Numbered from the stretch's first letter, positions 1 to 8,228 are shown. The stretch is DNA of 54,056 nt from Ignavibacteriales bacterium (GCA_016234355.1 JACRFC010000213.1:1-54056), one strand, 5' to 3'. A program made the numbers and translations. Notes: generated by a model not told the origin, from the sequence alone.

Positions 1-328
1 AGATAACCTCGTTTGCATTCATGTTCGTTTGAGTGCCGCTTCCGGTTTGCCAAACAACAAGAGGAAAATGATCATTCAATTTTCCTTCAATAACTTCATC
101 AGCAGCTTTTACAATCAGATCAAGTTTGTCCTTAGGTAAAGCGCCTAATTCATTATTTGTGATTGCTGCAGCTTTTTTTACAATACCAAGCGCTCTAATC
201 ATCTCAGCAGGAAATCTTTCTCCGCCAATCTTAAAATTCATTAACGATCTTGCTGTCTGTGCGCCATAATACTTATCAACGGGGACTTTCATTTCACCCA
301 TAGTATCGGTTTCAATTCTGAAATCCAT
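1..328 (-). CDS. fumC: Fumarate hydratase class II, N-terminal part (3' end of gene lies beyond window start)
   Basis: Not in ORF track because it is open at the edge. The rc translation from ATG at 328-326 reads [32 protein letters not shown]...[21 protein letters not shown], which carries the class II fumarase GSGTQ.NMN signature. TGGAG SD lies 8 nt upstream. Confidence 0.85.
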   Translation of the reverse strand, partial: MDFRIETDTMGEMKVPVDKYYGAQTARSLMNFKIGGERFPAEMIRALGIVKKAAAITNNELGALPKDKLDLIVKAADEVIEGKLNDHFPLVVWQTGSGTQTNMNANEVI

Positions 329-360
329 TGTTTACTCCAGATTATTTTATTTGCATGCAC

Positions 361-389
361 AAATTAGGTGAATGGGTTTTTATTTGCAA
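361..389 (-). promoter_or_regulatory. Candidate sigma-70 promoter for fumC (TTGCAA-17 nt-TAATTT)
   Basis: The minus strand reads TTGCAA ATAAAAACCCATTCACC TAATTT, about 40 nt upstream of the fumC ATG. Motif match only. Confidence 0.3.
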
Positions 390-391
390 TG

Positions 392-447
392 TGGTTTGTG
401 GATGCTGGATACTGGATGTTGGATGCTTGATTCTGGATGTTAGATCA
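392..447. repeat. Eight tandem heptamers, consensus TGGATNY
   Basis: Read directly: tggtttg tggatgc tggatac tggatgt tggatgc ttgattc tggatgt tagatca. Intergenic, between the MNT stop and the fumC -35. Confidence 0.7.
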
Positions 448-457
448 AGAACGGATA

Positions 458-775
458 TTAGTTGATTTCAATTCCTTCTTTTTTAACAATTCCAATTAAT
501 GGCGAGTAGTCGTCTTCTAAAAAGCGCTTTAAGCCAATTGCCACAGGTTCAATTTTAAAACCAGAAATTTTTGTCATATGCCAGATCTTAGAAATATATT
601 TCATCTTATCATCATCAAAAAGTTTCGATACAAGCATAACATCAATATCACTATCAGGGCGAGCGATTCCTTCTGCATGGCTTCCAAAAACAAACGCTTT
701 GTCTATGGTAATACCATCTTTATTCAGTTCATTAATATAGTTTTTAACCAAATCTATAACTTCTGTAAGAGCCAT
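458..775 (-). CDS. Minimal nucleotidyltransferase (MNT) domain protein, antitoxin-like partner of the HEPN protein
   Basis: 105 aa with the Pol-beta-type NTase motif FGSHAEG...DSDIDVMLV. The ATG overlaps the upstream HEPN ORF by 22 nt. Confidence 0.8.
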   Translation of the reverse strand: MALTEVIDLVKNYINELNKDGITIDKAFVFGSHAEGIARPDSDIDVMLVSKLFDDDKMKYISKIWHMTKISGFKIEPVAIGLKRFLEDDYSPLIGIVKKEGIEIN

Positions 776-1134
776 TCCATTATTTCCTTTGACATTTTTA
801 TGTATTGATCCGCTGTTTCTTTGGAAGGTTGAGGAAAATCATAATCCGGATATCTTCCCTCAATGTTGTATACCATTACCTTTGGCAAAAAATCGTAATA
901 TAATTCTGGCAGACTAAGATTTGTTTTGGAATAGAGGTATTCAAGATTATGCACTTTAGGAGCGAAATCTTTTTGTGTTTTAACGAAATGTGCTTTCAAC
1001 AATTTTTCAATAGTTAAGTGGCAGAAGAACAAACATTCGCGATATTTTCCTTTTTCAAAAAGAATTTCAGCAGTCTCCATATTATCGAGCGCAGTAGTTT
1101 TCCAGTACACTATTTGTTTCTTTTCATCAAACAT
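754..1134 (-). CDS. HEPN domain protein (PF05168-like)
   Basis: 126 aa, predicted helical, with the family-typical ...NIEGRYPDY motif. Paired with and overlapping the MNT gene. Confidence 0.7.
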   Translation of the reverse strand: MFDEKKQIVYWKTTALDNMETAEILFEKGKYRECLFFCHLTIEKLLKAHFVKTQKDFAPKVHNLEYLYSKTNLSLPELYYDFLPKVMVYNIEGRYPDYDFPQPSKETADQYIKMSKEIMEWLLQKL

Positions 1135-1136
1135 AT

Positions 1137-1850
1137 TTACTCTTCCATAAAACCTTCAATTCTTCGTGCACCAACATAACGCTTTTTATAATAAGCTGCT
1201 TCAAGCGATGATACAGTTACACCAAGCGAACGGCTTGCATGTGCAAATTGATTTTCGCCAAGATAAATACCTACATGCCCGGGAAAAGATTTTTTTGTAG
1301 TATTGAAAAAGACGAGGTCGCCGAATTTCAATTCATCGTTAGAAATTTTTTCTCCTGTAGAATATTGTTCACGAGCCGAGCGTGGAATTTCGACAGAAAG
1401 AGAATTCTGAAATACCTGCAAAGTAAAGGCAGAACAATCCATCCCTTTTTGTGTATTGCCGCCATACTTGTAAGGTGTTTCTAAAAATTTAATAACTTCA
1501 AATAACACTTTCTCTCGTGGTGTAAGAGCAATATTAAATGTTTTTAATTTTTCAAAATGAGATACAAAATTTGTTTTATCAACAGGATTTTCTTCAACGG
1601 GTGCTTCATCAAATTCATCCGTAGTATCTGCCGGTAGATCATTAAAAACAATTCTCTCGTTTTTAGGTGTTGTGCGTGAAGTTCTTTTTGTAGTGTCGGC
1701 AGATTCGAATCTCGGATTTGAATTACTGTTTCTATCACTTTTACTTTGCTTAAATCTTTGTGAACTTGATGAGGAGGAACAACCGCTGAAGATCATTAAT
1801 ACAAGAATTGCACAAATAATTTTTTTTAAATTTCTGTTGAGTATAATCAT
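1137..1850 (-). CDS. NlpC/P60 (C40) family cell-wall peptidase lipoprotein
   Basis: Signal peptide plus lipobox (LVLMIFSGC). The C-terminal domain has catalytic Cys (GMDCSAF) and His (GHVGIYLG) contexts. The track start at 1862 is TTG; the ATG at 1850 (MIILNRNLKK) gives a normal lipoprotein signal. Confidence 0.8.
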   Translation of the reverse strand: MIILNRNLKKIICAILVLMIFSGCSSSSSSQRFKQSKSDRNSNSNPRFESADTTKRTSRTTPKNERIVFNDLPADTTDEFDEAPVEENPVDKTNFVSHFEKLKTFNIALTPREKVLFEVIKFLETPYKYGGNTQKGMDCSAFTLQVFQNSLSVEIPRSAREQYSTGEKISNDELKFGDLVFFNTTKKSFPGHVGIYLGENQFAHASRSLGVTVSSLEAAYYKKRYVGARRIEGFMEE

Positions 1851-1858
1851 AAACAAAC

Positions 1859-2713
1859 TCAACCCAGGTAAGATCTTAAATTCTTGCTGCGTGATGCGTG
1901 ACGTAATCTTCTAATTGCTTTTTCTTTTATTTGACGAACGCGCTCGCGAGTAAGATTAAATTTTTCGCCGATCTCCTCAAGTGTAAGAGAATGTTCTTTA
2001 TTAAGTCCGAAATAAAGTTTAATCACTTCTGCCTCACGTTCGGAAAGAGTTGAAAGTGCACGTTCAATCTCACTTCGGAGAGACTCTGACATAAGTGTAT
2101 AATCCGGCGAGGGTTGTTCATCATTTTCCAAAATATCAAGCAGACGGTTTTCTTCTCCAGTTGTAAATGGCGCATCCATTGATACAGCACGTCCAGCAAT
2201 TTTTAATGTATCTGAAACTTCACTAATATCCATATCAAGTTCTTGAGCGAGTTCTTGCGCATTCGGTTCACGTTCATATTCCTGTTCAAGATTGCTATAA
2301 GCTTTCCCGATCTTGTTCAATGCACCAACTCTATTTAATGGTAATCTAACAATCCTTGATTGTTCAGCCAACGCTTGAAGAATAGATTGACGAATCCACC
2401 AAACAGCATAAGAAATAAATTTGAAACCGCGCGTTTCATCAAATCTTTTTGCTGCTTTAATTAATCCTAAATTACCTTCATTAATCAAATCGCCAAGCGA
2501 GAGCCCTTGATTTTGATATTGTTTAGAAACCGAAACAACAAACCGTAAATTTGCTTTTACTAATTTTTCCAATGCTAACGAATCATTTTTTCTTATTCTA
2601 ATAGCTAATTCTATTTCCTCATCCGGTGTTAATAGATCTACTTTACCAATTTCTTGAAGATATTTATCTAAAGATTGACTTTCTCTATTAGTAAACTGTT
2701 TTATGATTTTCAA
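1859..2713 (-). CDS. rpoD: RNA polymerase sigma-70 family factor, short group-1-like (RpoD/SigA)
   Basis: 284 aa with region 2 ([15 protein letters not shown]) and region 4.2 ([29 protein letters not shown]). TTG start preceded by GGGAG. Confidence 0.85.
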   Translation of the reverse strand: MKIIKQFTNRESQSLDKYLQEIGKVDLLTPDEEIELAIRIRKNDSLALEKLVKANLRFVVSVSKQYQNQGLSLGDLINEGNLGLIKAAKRFDETRGFKFISYAVWWIRQSILQALAEQSRIVRLPLNRVGALNKIGKAYSNLEQEYEREPNAQELAQELDMDISEVSDTLKIAGRAVSMDAPFTTGEENRLLDILENDEQPSPDYTLMSESLRSEIERALSTLSEREAEVIKLYFGLNKEHSLTLEEIGEKFNLTRERVRQIKEKAIRRLRHASRSKNLRSYLG

Positions 2714-2727
2714 GATTAGATCTCCCG

Positions 2728-2997
2728 CTAGGATTCAAGATTAATTGAATCAACAATTCCAACGATTGAAGCATCAACCGGAGCCATATCAACATCAAGA
2801 GGTATAACAGCTTCGCTTGCTGTTACGTAATAAATTATTTCTCCCGGACCGGCTCCAACCGTATCTAAAGCAATAATCGGCTCTCCAAGATTCTTACCCT
2901 CGGAATTAATTGGCTGGACAAATTGCATTTTATAGCCGGTAACAGCTTCATATTTTCTTGTTGCCCAAATAGTTCCAATGATTTTTCCAAGCTGCAT
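2728..2997 (-). CDS. EutN/CcmL family bacterial microcompartment vertex protein (BMC-P), copy 2
   Basis: 89 aa: [15 protein letters not shown]...[10 protein letters not shown]...[11 protein letters not shown], matching the EutN/CcmL pattern. Confidence 0.8.
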   Translation of the reverse strand: MQLGKIIGTIWATRKYEAVTGYKMQFVQPINSEGKNLGEPIIALDTVGAGPGEIIYYVTASEAVIPLDVDMAPVDASIVGIVDSINLES

Positions 2998-3296
2998 TAG
3001 ACCACAACAGTTTCTTTTTGTTTATCTTTTACCGAGATATCAAGTTTATCTACAATAGCCATAATTACTGCATCCACAGGTTTGTTTTTTGTAAATGTTG
3101 TTTGGCGGGCGGAACTGCCTTGTGCAACAATTACTATTTCACCAACTCCTGCACCAACTGAATCAACTGCGATCACAGTTGCTTCTTTTGGTTTATATTC
3201 CAGATCAATGTGACGAACTATTAAAAATTTAGCTCCGACAAGATTTTCATCTTTACGTGTTGACCATACAGTTCCAATAACCTTACCGAGTAACAA
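2997..3296 (-). CDS. EutN/CcmL family bacterial microcompartment vertex protein (BMC-P), copy 1
   Basis: 99 aa: MLLGKVIGTVWSTRK...VDSVGAGVGEIVIVAQGSSARQ...PVDAVIMAIVD, which aligns by eye with E. coli EutN. Its stop overlaps the copy 2 start (TAATG). Confidence 0.85.
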   Translation of the reverse strand: MLLGKVIGTVWSTRKDENLVGAKFLIVRHIDLEYKPKEATVIAVDSVGAGVGEIVIVAQGSSARQTTFTKNKPVDAVIMAIVDKLDISVKDKQKETVVV

Positions 3297-3297
3297 A

Positions 3298-3690
3298 TCA
3301 TCCTCTCAATTCTAATGATGAAATTATTTTTATACCGCTCTCTTTATATCTGTAACTATCGTTTGTAAAAATAGGAAGTTTATTGTTTTTTGCAACAGAA
3401 CAAACAATTGCGTCACGTGTGGTCGCAACTTTATTAAAAAAATCTGAAATGTTCAAACTATATCTTGGATGAACACCTAAAACTTTCATGGCACGCATAA
3501 CGGAATCAACACCTTGTTTCTCAACCGGATCGGAAGCATAAAAATATAATTCGGATGCTTGTATAACAGAAGTGAAACACATTCCTGTTGACATTGCTAC
3601 TTCAAGATCAGATAAAGCAGAATCATCTTTTTGAGTAAGATGGTCTACAAATATATCGGTGTCAATCAAATATTCAATTTTATTTGGCAT
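3298..3690 (-). CDS. PIN domain (VapC-like) protein
   Basis: YLIDTDIFVDHL (first acidic residue), TSVIQASELYF, RDAIVCSVA and LPIFTNDSYRY resemble the PIN acidic quartet layout. Start is uncertain: ATG at 3690 or GTG at 3732. Confidence 0.6.
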   Translation of the reverse strand: MPNKIEYLIDTDIFVDHLTQKDDSALSDLEVAMSTGMCFTSVIQASELYFYASDPVEKQGVDSVMRAMKVLGVHPRYSLNISDFFNKVATTRDAIVCSVAKNNKLPIFTNDSYRYKESGIKIISSLELRG

Positions 3691-3868
3691 GCGGTGGAAA
3701 TTTACTTTTATAATTCGTTGCACGGAGTACACTTTTGCAATTCAAGAAGTCATAAATGATTTCATCCGGCAAGGATTGTAGTATTTTAATTTTCTCGAAG
3801 AGCATTTTTCTCTTGTTATCATTGGGTAAAATGGTTGTAACAATTTTTTTGATTTCTTCTTCACTCAT
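3680..3868 (-). CDS. Small hypothetical protein (62 aa), possible cognate partner of the PIN protein
   Basis: Its ATG overlaps the deoB stop (ATGAGTGA) and its end overlaps the PIN start. No recognisable domain. Supported only by position and coupling. Confidence 0.3.
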   Translation of the reverse strand: MSEEEIKKIVTTILPNDNKRKMLFEKIKILQSLPDEIIYDFLNCKSVLRATNYKSKFPPHAK

Positions 3869-5024
3869 TTAAGAAACTTGTTCCTTTCAGATCATTATTG
3901 ATCTTAAAATAATGAGCAACTGTTTGGGCAACATCAGAAAAAGTTTTACGTGTACCTAAATCTTTCCCTTGAATATTTTTTCTATAATAGAGAAGCGGTA
4001 CATATTCCCGTGTATGATCTGTACTTATATCAGTCGGATCATTACCATGATCGGCAGTTATGATTAAACGGTCTGTTTCATCAAGATAATTTACGATCTC
4101 TGGTAATCGTGTATCAAATTCTTTAAGAGCGTTGTGAAGTCCTTCAGGATCGTTTCTATGACCGTAGTAAACATCAAAATCCACAAGATTAGTGAAAATG
4201 AAAGATTCTTTTACATTTTTTGCTGTCTCGATAATCTTTTCAATTCCCTCTTGATTTGATTTTGTTTTCAATTTGTGTTTAATCCCCTGGTAATTGAACA
4301 GATCATTCACTTTCCCGATTGCATAGGTTTCAATTCCTTCATTCAAACAATAATCTAAAATTGTCGGTGAGGGCGGATCAAGAGAAAAATCTTTTCGATT
4401 TGTTGTACGGATAAAATTTCCTTCTTTACCAATAAATGGTCTAGCGATAATTCTTCCCACAGCATCTTTACCAATTAGAACTTTTTCGCGTGCAATCGTA
4501 CAAATTTCGTAAAGTTTATTTATTGGAATTACTTCTTCATGAACCGCGATCTGAAAAACTGAATCTGCAGAAGTGTAAACAATCGGATAGCCGGTTCTTA
4601 CATGTTCTGCACCGAGGTCTTTAATAATTTCTGTCCCTGATGCGGCATAATTTCCAAGAACACCTTTCAAACCGGTAGCATTTAAAAATCTATTGATAAG
4701 TTCTTGCGGAAATCCATCCGGATAAAACGGAAATTCAATCTCAACTTTTAACCCGCCTAATTCCCAATGTCCCGTAGTAGAATCTTTTCCAGGAGATATC
4801 TCAGTTAATTTTCCATACGAAGCTAATGGTTGTTCTTGTGCTTTAATTCCAAGGATGGGAATAATATTTCCTAATCCAAATTGTTCAAGATTAGGTAAAT
4901 TCAAACCGCCAAGACGATTTGCCATATTGCCAATTGTATTGCTTCCTTGATCTGAATAATTTTTAGCATCGGGCAGTTCACCAATCCCGATACCATCGAG
5001 AACTATAATAAAGAAATTGTTCAC
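3861..5024 (-). CDS. deoB: Phosphopentomutase
   Basis: 387 aa: FIIVLDGIGIGELPDA..., ...ITADHGNDPT..., typical of the DeoB alkaline-phosphatase superfamily. GTG start. Confidence 0.9.
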   Translation of the reverse strand: MNNFFIIVLDGIGIGELPDAKNYSDQGSNTIGNMANRLGGLNLPNLEQFGLGNIIPILGIKAQEQPLASYGKLTEISPGKDSTTGHWELGGLKVEIEFPFYPDGFPQELINRFLNATGLKGVLGNYAASGTEIIKDLGAEHVRTGYPIVYTSADSVFQIAVHEEVIPINKLYEICTIAREKVLIGKDAVGRIIARPFIGKEGNFIRTTNRKDFSLDPPSPTILDYCLNEGIETYAIGKVNDLFNYQGIKHKLKTKSNQEGIEKIIETAKNVKESFIFTNLVDFDVYYGHRNDPEGLHNALKEFDTRLPEIVNYLDETDRLIITADHGNDPTDISTDHTREYVPLLYYRKNIQGKDLGTRKTFSDVAQTVAHYFKINNDLKGTSFLNE

Positions 5025-5040
5025 CGGATACTTTCGAATG

Positions 5041-6918
5041 TTAGCTGATACTTTTTACCGTGTTGCCGCCTTTTTCTAATGCTTTTTTAAGTGCAAGTTC
5101 CACATCAGTTAAGATCTCTTGAACATCGGTTTTGTTTGTTGTTGAAGCAACTCCGATCGAAACAGTAAATGTTGTCTGCTTAGAAACTATAGCAATCGGT
5201 TTGCGGGCAATTTTAATCCGTAATTTTTCCGCCCATAGAAAAACATCTTTAGGTGACATATTGAAAAAATATACTGCAAAAACTTTTTGGCTTAACCGCC
5301 CGATTAAATTTAACGGTGTCATTTCATCTTTAATGATCTGTGAAATTACACGTACAATTTTAGGGAACGGATCGCTTTCAAATAATGAATCTTGTTCTAA
5401 AAAATCATCAATTTTGATCATTGCAATTGCACCTTGAATTCCTAATTCTTTACTGCGAACAAGATCAACGGTAAACCGCTCGAGGAACGAATCATAATTC
5501 AAAGTTTTTGTTTCTGCATCAACTGAAAGCAAACTTTTTAGAACACTTATTGTGGAATACGAATGAAGTATGAAAGCAAATATCTTAGTCGCGTTCTTGA
5601 TAAAAGTAACTTCATTGTTTGAATAAATATTTTTCTTCAAACTTTCGAAGCAGAGAACTCCAAAGTTTTGTTCATCATGAACAAGAGGAATTGCGAGGAA
5701 AGAGCCATCAAAGCTTACATCTTCATTTTTTGCGAAGCGGGGTATTTCCGAAATTGAAGTATCATCTATCTTAACCGGAGTTGCGCTTAATATAGCTCTA
5801 CCGACCAAAGTTCCGGTAAGATCAATTTCTAAATTCTCACCTACATACTTTAACGAAGTTTTATTAATGATCTTCGAAGTTTTAAATTTATGTTCAGGCG
5901 GATAATAAGAAACAAAAGTAAAAGAATCCCAATCCATTAAACCCTGAACTGCATTTTCAATAGTTCTATGAAGATCTACTTCAGATTCAATTTTTTTATC
6001 GTGACTCAACATGTTGAGTAAAGTATTTAATCTAAGCTCTGCCTGTGATTCGGAAAATTTTTCTTCGAATAATGTTATTATTATTGAAATGACACGGACA
6101 ATTCTGCCGAGTGCATAAATTTGTTCAATACCAAACGCATCATTTACTTTAGAATCGAGAACAAGAATACCGGTTAATGATTTACCATAAAATAATGGCA
6201 CACCGACAAAACTCTTAACTCCTTGTGGGGCGCTGTAATATCTTATCACATCAATTTCAGCATTTGAAGAAATGTCGGTCAATAACTCGGGTTCTTCTTT
6301 TTGGACAATCTTGCCGAGGATATCATCTTCAAGATCAAATTTTTGTTGTGTAATTTGAGATGAACTTGTTACATAACGTTCAAGCGTTAATCGTTTTCTA
6401 TTTTTATTGTACCAGAAAAAAGCAGCCGTGTGAGCCATGAAAGAATCTTTAACTACACTTAATATCTTTTCAAGAACAAAACCGAATTGTTCATCATGAT
6501 TAACATCTTCCGGAAGCTGTTCGTGAACAATCTTTTCAAAATTCTGTTTGAAGTCAGGCGGCTTAAAAAGATCTTTATTGCCGCGGTTAATGTTTGCAGC
6601 GAAATTATCGGCAGTAATAACTTCAATATTTTTGGTAGGAGAAATTATTTTGAAATCTTCACCGGCATCAGTTTCATATCGCTCCTTTTCAATTGCATTA
6701 TCTTCTTCAAAAAGATCCGATTGCAAATCAAAATCAGTATCAATTGAATTATTTTTCATTGAATCGCGCAAAAAGATTATGAAGCCGGCATAGACAAGTA
6801 GTATAACACCGGAAATAATTTTGAGTGTTAAATCATCGGTAAAAAATGGAATTACTACAAGGATTGGAATAAACAAAAAAATGAAAATTCTCTTTCTGAT
6901 TTTTTCTGTAATTCCCAT
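5041..6918 (-). CDS. Membrane-anchored tandem-GAF protein with a degenerate GGDEF-like C-terminal domain
   Basis: 625 aa with two N-terminal hydrophobic helices and two GAF-like segments (VGVPLFYGKSLTGILVLDS; AIPLVHDEQNFGVLCFES). The C-terminal GGDEF fold has RLSQKVF where R[YF]GGDEF is expected. Confidence 0.7.
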   Translation of the reverse strand: MGITEKIRKRIFIFLFIPILVVIPFFTDDLTLKIISGVILLVYAGFIIFLRDSMKNNSIDTDFDLQSDLFEEDNAIEKERYETDAGEDFKIISPTKNIEVITADNFAANINRGNKDLFKPPDFKQNFEKIVHEQLPEDVNHDEQFGFVLEKILSVVKDSFMAHTAAFFWYNKNRKRLTLERYVTSSSQITQQKFDLEDDILGKIVQKEEPELLTDISSNAEIDVIRYYSAPQGVKSFVGVPLFYGKSLTGILVLDSKVNDAFGIEQIYALGRIVRVISIIITLFEEKFSESQAELRLNTLLNMLSHDKKIESEVDLHRTIENAVQGLMDWDSFTFVSYYPPEHKFKTSKIINKTSLKYVGENLEIDLTGTLVGRAILSATPVKIDDTSISEIPRFAKNEDVSFDGSFLAIPLVHDEQNFGVLCFESLKKNIYSNNEVTFIKNATKIFAFILHSYSTISVLKSLLSVDAETKTLNYDSFLERFTVDLVRSKELGIQGAIAMIKIDDFLEQDSLFESDPFPKIVRVISQIIKDEMTPLNLIGRLSQKVFAVYFFNMSPKDVFLWAEKLRIKIARKPIAIVSKQTTFTVSIGVASTTNKTDVQEILTDVELALKKALEKGGNTVKSIS

Positions 6919-7010
6919 CCGCCCTTCTTAAGATCTAGTGAAAGAAATATGTCCTAAATTATTATTCCTTACAACTTTACACTCAATAATAAGAAAGATT
7001 TAAGTGATTT

Positions 7011-7592
7011 TCATATAAGGAAGAGAGAGGATAATAACTTTACTACTTCTTTTTTGCCGGTACCTTTTATCGTGGAATAGAAAAGCATATTCTCGCCGTA
7101 TATAAGCTCCGGGAAGAATTTATTGATTTGCTTTCGTGCAGAAGCCAGTTCGGATTGTTTTAGTTTATCAGATTTGTTCAGGATAACGAAATACGGGATA
7201 TTCTGTTTGTGCAGGAATTCATTTAGTCCGATATCCAACAGCATAGGGTCATGGCGGCTGTCAATTATATGGACAGCAAGATCAATATTTTTATTAAGTG
7301 AAAAATATTTTTCCAGCAAATACTGCCATGCGTCCCGTTCACTTTTTGAAACCCTTGCGTAACCAAATCCGGGTAAGTCTACTAAAAAAAATTTGTTCTC
7401 TACTAAATAGTAATTAATGGAACGTGTTTTTCCAGGTTGAGATGAAGTCTTAGCTAATTTTGTATTAAATAAAGAATTAATAAATGAAGATTTTCCCACA
7501 TTTGAACGACCGCAAAGAACTACCGTAGGTAAATCTTGTTTCGGTAATTCGTTTAGATTATAAACCGGTTTAATGAATTCAATTTTTTTCAT
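7011..7592 (-). CDS. engB: Ribosome biogenesis GTPase EngB/YihA/YsxC
   Basis: G1 motif GRSNVGKSS, DLPGFGYA, NKSDK. The track start at 7634 is TTG; the ATG at 7592 (MKKIEF) gives normal length. Confidence 0.85.
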   Translation of the reverse strand: MKKIEFIKPVYNLNELPKQDLPTVVLCGRSNVGKSSFINSLFNTKLAKTSSQPGKTRSINYYLVENKFFLVDLPGFGYARVSKSERDAWQYLLEKYFSLNKNIDLAVHIIDSRHDPMLLDIGLNEFLHKQNIPYFVILNKSDKLKQSELASARKQINKFFPELIYGENMLFYSTIKGTGKKEVVKLLSSLFLI

Positions 7593-7655
7593 AGAAACAA
7601 AAAAGAGTAACCGAAGACCGATTACTCTTTTCAAAATAATTTATGATTTATTTTA

Positions 7656-8228
7656 TCAACTGCCTTTTTTCTGCGGAGTTTTAGTAGTCTTAACTTTTTT
7701 CTCTTTTACACCGGGTTTTTCTTTAGGCGATTTTTCTCTTTTGGATTTCGGAGCTATTTTCTTTTTCGGTTTCTCAGCTTTCTTTTCTTCAGCTTTAGTT
7801 TCTTCTACTTTAGTATCTGTTGGTTTCTCTTCATCTTTAGTTTTCTTTGGTGTTTTCGGTTTTACTATTCCGCTGAAATCAACTAATTCAATCATTGCCA
7901 TTTCAGCGCCATCGCCTTTCCTTCGTCCTAAACGAACAACGCGAGTGTAACCACCTGCTCTATCACCAATTTTAGAAATAATGTCTGAAAATAATCCTGA
8001 CACAATTTCTCTATCGTTAATTTGTGCGGAGACATATCTTCTTGAATGAACAGAATCTGTTTTTGCTTTTGTGATTATAGGTTCAACAAAACCGCGCAGT
8101 TCCTTAGCTTTTGCTGTAGTAGTTGTAATCTTTTTGTGCTTTAATAAGGATGCAGCTAATGATCTCAATAATGCAAGTCTGTGACTTGCTGTTCTGCCTA
8201 ATTTTCTACCTTTAACTCTATGTCTCAT
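7656..8228 (-). CDS. rplQ: 50S ribosomal protein L17 with Lys/Glu-rich C-terminal tail
   Basis: MRHRVKGRKLGRTASHRLALLRSL is the L17 N-terminus. About 65 extra low-complexity residues (KPKTPKKTKDEEKPTD...). Confidence 0.9.
   Translation of the reverse strand: MRHRVKGRKLGRTASHRLALLRSLAASLLKHKKITTTTAKAKELRGFVEPIITKAKTDSVHSRRYVSAQINDREIVSGLFSDIISKIGDRAGGYTRVVRLGRRKGDGAEMAMIELVDFSGIVKPKTPKKTKDEEKPTDTKVEETKAEEKKAEKPKKKIAPKSKREKSPKEKPGVKEKKVKTTKTPQKKGS

Noticed and set aside
392-447. Possibility that the heptamer array is a CRISPR or minisatellite locus
   Set aside because: The units are 7 bp with no spacers, and no cas genes are present. It is reported only as a short tandem repeat.
2728-3296. 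A complete bacterial microcompartment locus
   Set aside because: Only BMC-P (EutN/CcmL) genes are present. No BMC-H/T shell protein, aldehyde dehydrogenase or phosphotransacylase ORF occurs anywhere in the window.
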